Below, one piece after another: positions 57,595 through 64,000 of a DNA stretch of 64,000 nucleotides. The stretch comes from Candidatus Izemoplasmatales bacterium (GTDB taxonomy: Bacteria; Bacillota_I; Bacilli_A; Izemoplasmatales; Hujiaoplasmataceae), in NCBI GenBank assembly GCA_050177605.1, contig JBFXGX010000001.1:124349-188348 (forward strand). Reading direction: 5' to 3'. Positions within the stretch are counted from its first letter, which is position 1. Each line of letters begins with the position of its first letter. A program made the position numbers and the translations under genes. Under the pieces are notes generated by a model. The model worked only from the letters and a program-made list of their open reading frames with translations. It was not told where the DNA came from and searched no databases.

Positions 57595-59397
57595 ATGAAC
57601 AAATATCAAGTATTAAATGATTGGATTCAAGAAGTAAAAGAATTATGTGAGCCAAAAGAAGTCGTGATGTGGCATGGAACAAAAAAGGAATACACTGACT
57701 TGCTGGACCAAATGGTTCTTGATAAAAAGGCGATTCTACTCAATCAAGAGAAAAGACCCGGATGTTATCTTTTTAGAACTGACATTAGCGATGTCGCTCG
57801 AGTAGAAAATCGTACTTTTATTTCTACTGAACTACAAAGAAACGCAGGTCCAACAAATAATTGGATTTCTCCTCAGGTTTTAAAACCGATTATGACGGAT
57901 TTATACCGTGGGTCAATGAAAGGTAGAACGATGTATGTCATTCCTTTTTCTATGGGGCCAATTTCTTCTCCTTATGCAAAACTTGGCGTTGAAATCACTG
58001 ATAGTCCGTATGTTACCGTTCATATGCATATAATGACAAGAACAGGGGATCAAGCCTATGACTTAATCAATGGCGATAACTTTGTGAAAGCACTCCATAG
58101 TGTTGGCTATCCTTTAGATGAATTCCAAAAAGATGTTCCTTGGCCATGTGCACCAATCGAGCAAAAATATATATCACAGTTCCCTGAAGAAAATATGATT
58201 TGGTCTTATGGATCAGGCTATGGAGGAAATGCACTTCTTGGCAAAAAATGTTTTGCATTAAGAATTGCTTCGGCAAAAGCAAGCAAAGAAGGCTGGCTTG
58301 CAGAGCATATGCTCATCTTAAAACTGACTTCACCGCTTCATGAAGTGAAATATATCACTGGTGCTTTTCCAAGCGCTTGTGGAAAAACGAATTTAGCAAT
58401 GATCAATCCTAGCCTCGCTGGATGGAAAGCCGAAACATTAGGAGATGATATTGCTTGGATGCACTTTGATAATGAAGGTTACCTTAAAGCAATTAATCCT
58501 GAAGCCGGTTTCTTTGGCGTTGCGCCAGGCACATCGTATAAAAGCAATCCCAATGCAATGATTACTATGGAAAAGGATACCTTATTCACAAATGTTGCTT
58601 TAACGGATGATGGTGATGTTTGGTGGGAAGATATGACTGAAGAAGCTCCAGAACATCTCATTGATTGGTTAGGCAACGATTGGTATCGAGGAATGCAAGA
58701 AAAACCAGCGCATCCAAATTCAAGATTTACGTCTCCAATTATAAATAATCCTATCGTCGCTTCAAACTTCGATGACCCTGAAGGCGTGCCAATCAGCGCA
58801 ATCTTATTTGGTGGCCGTCGCCCAAACACCATTCCATTAATCCATCAAAGTTTTTCTTTTCAGCACGGAGTATTTTTGGGCTCAATCATGGGGTCTGAAA
58901 TTACAAAAGCAGTGATTTCAAAAGAGTATGGAAAAGTAAGAAGAGATCCATTTGCGATGTTACCATTTATTGGTTATCACATTGCCGATTATGTAGCACA
59001 TTGGCTAAAACTCGGAAAAACACATGAACAAAGTCATCTTCCAAAGATTTTTTATATTAACTGGTTCCGCAAAGAAAATGGAAAGTATCTTTGGCCAGGT
59101 TTTGGTGAAAATGTTCGAATTTTAGAATGGGTATTCAAACGAATTGATCATAAAGTAGACGCAATTAAATCTCCTATAGGTTATCTTCCAAAATATGAAG
59201 ATTTAAATTTAGAAGGCTTAAATATCGACAAAGATATATTTGATAAAATATTTAAAATTGATCCTACTGAATGGCTTGAAGAAGTAAGAAAGATTGAAGA
59301 GCATTATCAAATATATGGTGATTTATTGCCTGGCGAACTCCGAGATGAACTAAATCAACTAGAAAGCAGATTACATATAGAAAAAAGCGCTATTTAG
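57595..59397 (+). CDS. pckG: Phosphoenolpyruvate carboxykinase (GTP)
   Basis: DVARVE, GSGYGGNALLGKKCFALRIAS, AEHM, FPSACGKTN, GDDIAW, HPNSRF, NWFRK. Confidence 0.96.
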   Translation: MNKYQVLNDWIQEVKELCEPKEVVMWHGTKKEYTDLLDQMVLDKKAILLNQEKRPGCYLFRTDISDVARVENRTFISTELQRNAGPTNNWISPQVLKPIMTDLYRGSMKGRTMYVIPFSMGPISSPYAKLGVEITDSPYVTVHMHIMTRTGDQAYDLINGDNFVKALHSVGYPLDEFQKDVPWPCAPIEQKYISQFPEENMIWSYGSGYGGNALLGKKCFALRIASAKASKEGWLAEHMLILKLTSPLHEVKYITGAFPSACGKTNLAMINPSLAGWKAETLGDDIAWMHFDNEGYLKAINPEAGFFGVAPGTSYKSNPNAMITMEKDTLFTNVALTDDGDVWWEDMTEEAPEHLIDWLGNDWYRGMQEKPAHPNSRFTSPIINNPIVASNFDDPEGVPISAILFGGRRPNTIPLIHQSFSFQHGVFLGSIMGSEITKAVISKEYGKVRRDPFAMLPFIGYHIADYVAHWLKLGKTHEQSHLPKIFYINWFRKENGKYLWPGFGENVRILEWVFKRIDHKVDAIKSPIGYLPKYEDLNLEGLNIDKDIFDKIFKIDPTEWLEEVRKIEEHYQIYGDLLPGELRDELNQLESRLHIEKSAI

Positions 59398-59407
59398 CGC
59401 TTTTTTT
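59381..59407. terminator. Bidirectional terminator inside overlapping gene ends
   Basis: AAAAAAGCGCT-ATTT-AGCGCTTTTTTT. Confidence 0.75.
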
Positions 59408-60337
59408 ATGGAAAACAACATATTCAATTTGCGTCTTGCCAATAAAATGATTTAGATTTTTTACAATCAAGTCTTTTAGACGTACTTGCATATAGGGACT
59501 AGAACTAGCATTATGTGGAGTGATAAATACATTCTCCATAGTCCATAATGGATGATTACTTGGGAGTGGTTCTGGCGTTAAAGTATCAAGTCCAGCACCT
59601 CGTATCTTCTTTTCTTCTAACAACTCAACAAGCGCGTCTTGATCAATCACTTTACCTCTAGCCACGTTAATGAGTAGCGCTTCTTCTTTCATCAATGATA
59701 ATTTTTGTTTATCCAGTAAATGGAAAGTTTTCTCATTCAGTGGAATTGCGACGATAACATAATCGCTTCGTTTAAGTAGTTCTTCGAGGCCATCATTACC
59801 CGTCAGAATTTCATCAAAATATTCAACATCCTCTTGTTTTGTCCGATAACCAAGGATATGTGTATCAAAACTTTTCATCCTTTTTGCGGTTTCTTTTCCG
59901 ATAGATCCCGTACCTAAAATTCCTACAGTAGATCCGCTTAATTCAGGTTCTTTACGAATTGGCGACCAAGTGCCAGTCTCCATCATTTTTAAATAATGTT
60001 TTACATTGCGATTCAGGACAAATATCTTAGTGAATACATCCTCAGCAATAGACGTTGAAAAAATATCTACCGCGTTTGAAACAATAATATCTTTTCCTTC
60101 AAAAGGTGAGAAATCAAAATTATCATATCCGGCCATCAACAGTTGAACAAATTTTAAATTATCAAATCGATTTAAATCTTGGTCTTTAAAGAAATCAGGC
60201 ATGACCGCGATTACGTCTGAAAGATAAGCGTCTTTTGGATCGGTAATAAAAGTCACTTCTGGAAAAGTATTTAATAATTCTTCAGTATGGATATGTCCTA
60301 TTGATTTTGGATTAAAATAGACGAACATAAGTTTCAC
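59390..60337 (-). CDS. D-isomer specific 2-hydroxyacid dehydrogenase
   Basis: AGYD, GILGTGSIG, INVARG, GAGLD, ITPH; GTG start. Confidence 0.9.
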   Translation of the reverse strand: MKLMFVYFNPKSIGHIHTEELLNTFPEVTFITDPKDAYLSDVIAVMPDFFKDQDLNRFDNLKFVQLLMAGYDNFDFSPFEGKDIIVSNAVDIFSTSIAEDVFTKIFVLNRNVKHYLKMMETGTWSPIRKEPELSGSTVGILGTGSIGKETAKRMKSFDTHILGYRTKQEDVEYFDEILTGNDGLEELLKRSDYVIVAIPLNEKTFHLLDKQKLSLMKEEALLINVARGKVIDQDALVELLEEKKIRGAGLDTLTPEPLPSNHPLWTMENVFITPHNASSSPYMQVRLKDLIVKNLNHFIGKTQIEYVVFHKKSAK

Positions 60338-60489
60338 ATCCCTTCAAAAATCTATTATAACAAATAAAACGCTTACTGTCTTAAATTTTATTTTGAGACT
60401 CAAAGGAAAACGTTTTATAATGCATTTTCTTTCGCATTTCATAAAATGAAATGATACAATGGGTTGGATTTTCACGAAAGAGGTGCACT

Positions 60490-62967
60490 ATGTCAAAGAA
60501 AAAAGTATTAATCATCGGGGGCGTTGCGGGAGGAGCATCTACAGCTGCTAGACTACGTCGACTTGATGAACATGCAGAAATCATTATGTTTGAAAGAGGC
60601 GAATATATATCATTCGCCAATTGTGGTTTACCCTATTACATTGGTGGAGTCATTTCATCAAGAGACTCATTACTCGTTCAAACAGTCGAAGATATGCAAA
60701 ACAAATATAATATCGATGTTCGTATTTTTAGTGAGGTAACGAATATTGATCCCTCAGCAAAAAAAGTAACGGTAACAAATGTTAACACTGGCGAAAGCTA
60801 TGAAGAGACTTATGATTCAATCGTTATTTCCACTGGAGCTTATCCGGTTAAGCCACCGATTCCTGGAATCAATGATGCCAAAAATCTATTTACACTTCGT
60901 AATATTCCAGATACTGACGCAATTAAAACATATATCGAAACTTTTAATCCTAAACGTGCTACGGTGATTGGCGCTGGATTTATTGGCATCGAAATGGCTG
61001 AAAACCTTTCTCACTTAGGAATTAAGGTAACTATCGTAGAAATGGCTAATCAGATCATGGCTCCTATTGATTACGAATTAGCGCAAATTCTTCATCAACA
61101 TGTTCGCGACCAAAATGTAACACTCATTTTAAATGATGGCGTTAAATCGTTTGAAGATGATGGAAAACAAATTCACCTATCCAGTGGAAAAGTCATCCAT
61201 TCTGACTTAATCATTTTCGCTATTGGTGTTCGAAGCGAAAATATCTTGGCAAAAAAAGCAGGTTTAGCTATCGGCGAACGTGGGGGAATTAAAGTAGACA
61301 ATCACTTACGTACAACCGATCCAAGTATATATGCAATTGGTGATGCAATTGAAGTGACCGATTTTGTAACAAAAACAGAAACAATGATTCCACTCGCTGG
61401 ACCAGCGAACAAGCAAGGAAGAATTGCGGCAGGTAATATTGCCGGAAGAGATGAAGTCTATGAAGGAACGATGGGAACATCCGTTGCGAAAGTCTTTGAT
61501 TATACCGTAGGTTCTACTGGAAATAATGAAAAAACACTTAAAAAGTCACATATAAACTATAAAGTAATCCATTTACACCCAGGTTCCCATGCAGGATATT
61601 ATCCAGGTGCAGCCACGATTTCAATGAAGGTAATCTATAATACAGATAATTTAGAAATTCTAGGTGCACAAGCCGTAGGACTTGAGGGTATAGATAAAAG
61701 AATTGATGTCATTGCGACTGCTATTAAGGCAAGAATGAAAGTGACGGATTTAAAAGACTTAGAATTATCCTACGCTCCTCCGTTCTCAAGTGCAAAAGAT
61801 CCAGTGAATATGGTCGGATATATTGCGGAAAACATCATCGAAGGTCTTGTCGAAACGATTGATTTAAGCCTCGTAGATGAACTCGTAAAACGTGGAGAAT
61901 TTATCCTCGACGTTAGAGAAGAAATAGAAAACGAACTTGGAACAATCAATGGTTCCGTGAATATACCATTCCCACAAATTCGTTCAAGATTAAACGAACT
62001 TCCAAAAGATAAAAAAATCTATGTTTTCTGTCAAGCAGGATTACGAGGATATGCGGTTTGCCGAATTCTAAATCAACATGGATTCCATGCAATTAACCTC
62101 GATGGAGGATACAAGACTTATCAATGCGTAAACGATAATGTTGAATACTCTGAATGTGGTAAAAATGTGGACGATTCCGGTTCATTGAACATCAAGGAAC
62201 TGCACTTGAAAGAAGAGAATAAACTTCCAGCAGCGACTGTTTCAGTAGATGCTTGTGGTTTACAATGTCCTGGTCCAATTGTCATGGTCTATAAAACTTT
62301 AGCCGGAATGAATGATGGTGATGTTTTAGAAATCAAAGCATCCGATCCGGGATTTATGAAAGATATACGTAACTGGACTGAAAAAACTAAAAACACTTTA
62401 CTTGAAGTTAAAAAGGAAGACAAAACAATCTACGCTACCATTAAAAAGGGCAATGCTGATCTTAGCCAAAATAAAGATGTTATCGTCACAGAACAAAAGA
62501 ACGGTTCTACGATTGTTGTATTTAGTCAAGATTTAGATAAAGCAATTGCTGCATTTATCATTGCTCAAGGTGCTTTAGCAATGGGTAAAGAAGTATCCAT
62601 GTTCTTCACATTTTGGGGATTAAACATCTTAAGAAAAACGAAAAAAACCAAAGTCAAAAAACTCTTTATTGAAAAGATGTTTGGATGGATGATGCCAAGA
62701 GGCACTGAAAAACTACCGATTTCTAATATGAATATGTTAGGAATGGGTCCTAAAATGATTAAATCGATTATGAAGAAGAAAAATGTTGATTCCTTACAAT
62801 TGTTAATGCAAAATGCTCAAAAATTAGGCGTTAAAATTACTGCCTGCGCCATGTCGATGGACATCATGGGAATTCATAAAGAAGAACTCATTGATGGCAT
62901 TGAGATTGCAGGTGTCGCATCTTACCTTTCTGACACAACAGATGCAAATCATAACCTATTTATCTAA
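60490..62967 (+). CDS. CoA-disulfide/persulfide reductase fused to rhodanese, TusA/SirA and DsrE-like domains
   Basis: GGVAGG, SFANCGLPY, GAGFIG, SYAPP; rhodanese FCQAGLRG; TusA CGLQCPGP; DsrE2 FFTFWG...ACAMSMD. Confidence 0.9.
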   Translation: MSKKKVLIIGGVAGGASTAARLRRLDEHAEIIMFERGEYISFANCGLPYYIGGVISSRDSLLVQTVEDMQNKYNIDVRIFSEVTNIDPSAKKVTVTNVNTGESYEETYDSIVISTGAYPVKPPIPGINDAKNLFTLRNIPDTDAIKTYIETFNPKRATVIGAGFIGIEMAENLSHLGIKVTIVEMANQIMAPIDYELAQILHQHVRDQNVTLILNDGVKSFEDDGKQIHLSSGKVIHSDLIIFAIGVRSENILAKKAGLAIGERGGIKVDNHLRTTDPSIYAIGDAIEVTDFVTKTETMIPLAGPANKQGRIAAGNIAGRDEVYEGTMGTSVAKVFDYTVGSTGNNEKTLKKSHINYKVIHLHPGSHAGYYPGAATISMKVIYNTDNLEILGAQAVGLEGIDKRIDVIATAIKARMKVTDLKDLELSYAPPFSSAKDPVNMVGYIAENIIEGLVETIDLSLVDELVKRGEFILDVREEIENELGTINGSVNIPFPQIRSRLNELPKDKKIYVFCQAGLRGYAVCRILNQHGFHAINLDGGYKTYQCVNDNVEYSECGKNVDDSGSLNIKELHLKEENKLPAATVSVDACGLQCPGPIVMVYKTLAGMNDGDVLEIKASDPGFMKDIRNWTEKTKNTLLEVKKEDKTIYATIKKGNADLSQNKDVIVTEQKNGSTIVVFSQDLDKAIAAFIIAQGALAMGKEVSMFFTFWGLNILRKTKKTKVKKLFIEKMFGWMMPRGTEKLPISNMNMLGMGPKMIKSIMKKKNVDSLQLLMQNAQKLGVKITACAMSMDIMGIHKEELIDGIEIAGVASYLSDTTDANHNLFI

Positions 62968-62989
62968 AAAGCCATTCGTGGCTTTTTTT
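62966..62989 (+). terminator. Intrinsic terminator
   Basis: AAAAAGCCA-TTCG-TGGCTTTTTTT. Confidence 0.85.
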
Positions 62990-63042
62990 CTTTTCTTTTG
63001 AAAGCAATTTTGATATAATAACATTAATCTTGGGAGGCTTAT

Positions 63043-64000
63043 ATGAAGAAACGATTTGTTTTATATTTATTATTAATTATGTTCACTTCTTTGCTAATTG
63101 CATGTGATTTTAAAAATAATTCGAATACTGAAACAACGACTTTTTTAACTAGTGAACAACGGATTACCGTGCCTTCAACAACGTCTACATTATCTCCCTT
63201 AACGACTACTTCAACTACAACAGTAAATACTTATCCTGCGGTCGATGGAGAACCTTTTATTCCTAGCGGTTATTCTCTTCTTCAAGATGAACTTGATGTT
63301 GTTGGTATTCCTTCCATGGGCGATGTTAAGGTCTTGGTTTTCGCGGTTGATTTTTCAGACTATCCTAGTTCCTCCTCATCAACGTCGCTTGATGACATTG
63401 AAAAAGCCTTTAATGGTGATCGTAGCGAATTGACCTATGAATCCCTTCAAAGTTATTATGATGCAAGCTCCTACGGACAACTTCACATTAGCGCTGATGT
63501 CTATGGATACTATAGAGCATCTCATCCGTCAACGTATTATGAGGATGAATATGATAAACTATGGGCAACCGATCAGTGGGGAAACTGGCTCTATAATGAT
63601 GATGAAGTCACCTATCCTGATTCTGATATCATCTTTGATATTTTAAATTATTATGATAATCAAATCGATTATAGCGATTATGATGCAAATGGTGATGGTT
63701 ATATTGATGGAATCTATATCGTATATACTCATCCAGTCAGTTTCTATTCGGGTTCTGATTTATGGTGGGCCTATACTGATTCATATATTTACGAGGGCGA
63801 TGTATTTGATTCTGTTGAACCGTACTATTTTGTTTGGTCAGGCACAGGATTTTTTGAAGAAGGTCAAGATAACATTAATGCAAGAACAATTATCCATGAG
63901 ACGGGACACATGATGGGACTTGAGGACTATTATGATTACTATGAAGAGGATATCTACAATAATAGTGGAGGACTCGGTGGCGCAGACATGATGGATTTTG
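63043..64000 (+). CDS. M6 family (immune inhibitor A-like) metalloprotease lipoprotein, 3' end outside the window
   Basis: Not in the ORF track (truncated). Manual translation: MKKRFVLYLLLIMFTSLLIAC, Thr/Ser linker, KVLVFAVDFSD, SYYDASSYG, DYDANGDGYID, HETGHMMGLEDYYD, DMMD. Confidence 0.88.
   Translation, partial: MKKRFVLYLLLIMFTSLLIACDFKNNSNTETTTFLTSEQRITVPSTTSTLSPLTTTSTTTVNTYPAVDGEPFIPSGYSLLQDELDVVGIPSMGDVKVLVFAVDFSDYPSSSSSTSLDDIEKAFNGDRSELTYESLQSYYDASSYGQLHISADVYGYYRASHPSTYYEDEYDKLWATDQWGNWLYNDDEVTYPDSDIIFDILNYYDNQIDYSDYDANGDGYIDGIYIVYTHPVSFYSGSDLWWAYTDSYIYEGDVFDSVEPYYFVWSGTGFFEEGQDNINARTIIHETGHMMGLEDYYDYYEEDIYNNSGGLGGADMMDF

Noticed and set aside
63245..63913. Three short + strand ORFs suggesting a fragmented gene
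   Set aside because: They are off-frame; one uninterrupted M6 protease frame runs from 63043 to the window end.
1..64000. UGA=Trp recoding, tRNA/rRNA genes, IS elements, prophage, CRISPR array, intein
   Set aside because: Genes are full length under code 11 and several end in TGA. I saw no cloverleaf or rRNA sequence, transposase, integrase, repeat-spacer array or intein motif by eye; tRNAscan and Infernal would be needed to exclude small RNAs.

Overview
AT-rich chromosomal backbone of a low-GC, Firmicutes-derived bacterium. It uses genetic code 11 (TGA is the stop of mutM, trmD and the ABC ATPase; Trp is TGG). Bacillus-like gene order, no sporulation or cell-wall genes in the window, T-box leaders and Thr-linker lipoproteins suggest a basal Mollicute such as Izemoplasmatales/Acholeplasmatales (inference). 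Positions 1-44 kb are mostly housekeeping: fakA, rpmB, thiN-rpe-rsgA, rlmN, pheST, polC, gmk-rpoZ, rqcH, thrS, dnaBI, coaE-mutM-polA, coaX-panT, trmB, pepV, tyrS, ccpA, rimM-trmD-rplS. Positions 44-64 kb are accessory metabolism and ion/metal/redox homeostasis. Regulatory RNAs visible in the sequence: three T-boxes with cognate specifier codons, an L19 leader-like hairpin and a fluoride riboswitch. I saw no tRNA/rRNA, IS, prophage or CRISPR array. No clear large novel system is evident. The best leads are small modules: a fluoride-riboswitch-controlled cation/proton antiporter, a PII-like protein paired with a second antiporter, a DUF134 + His-tailed NifX operon with a palindromic operator on its -35, and a tandem HtrA lipoprotein pair with a Tyr-periodic stalk. 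All calls come from motif reading and synteny knowledge; no database searches were run.
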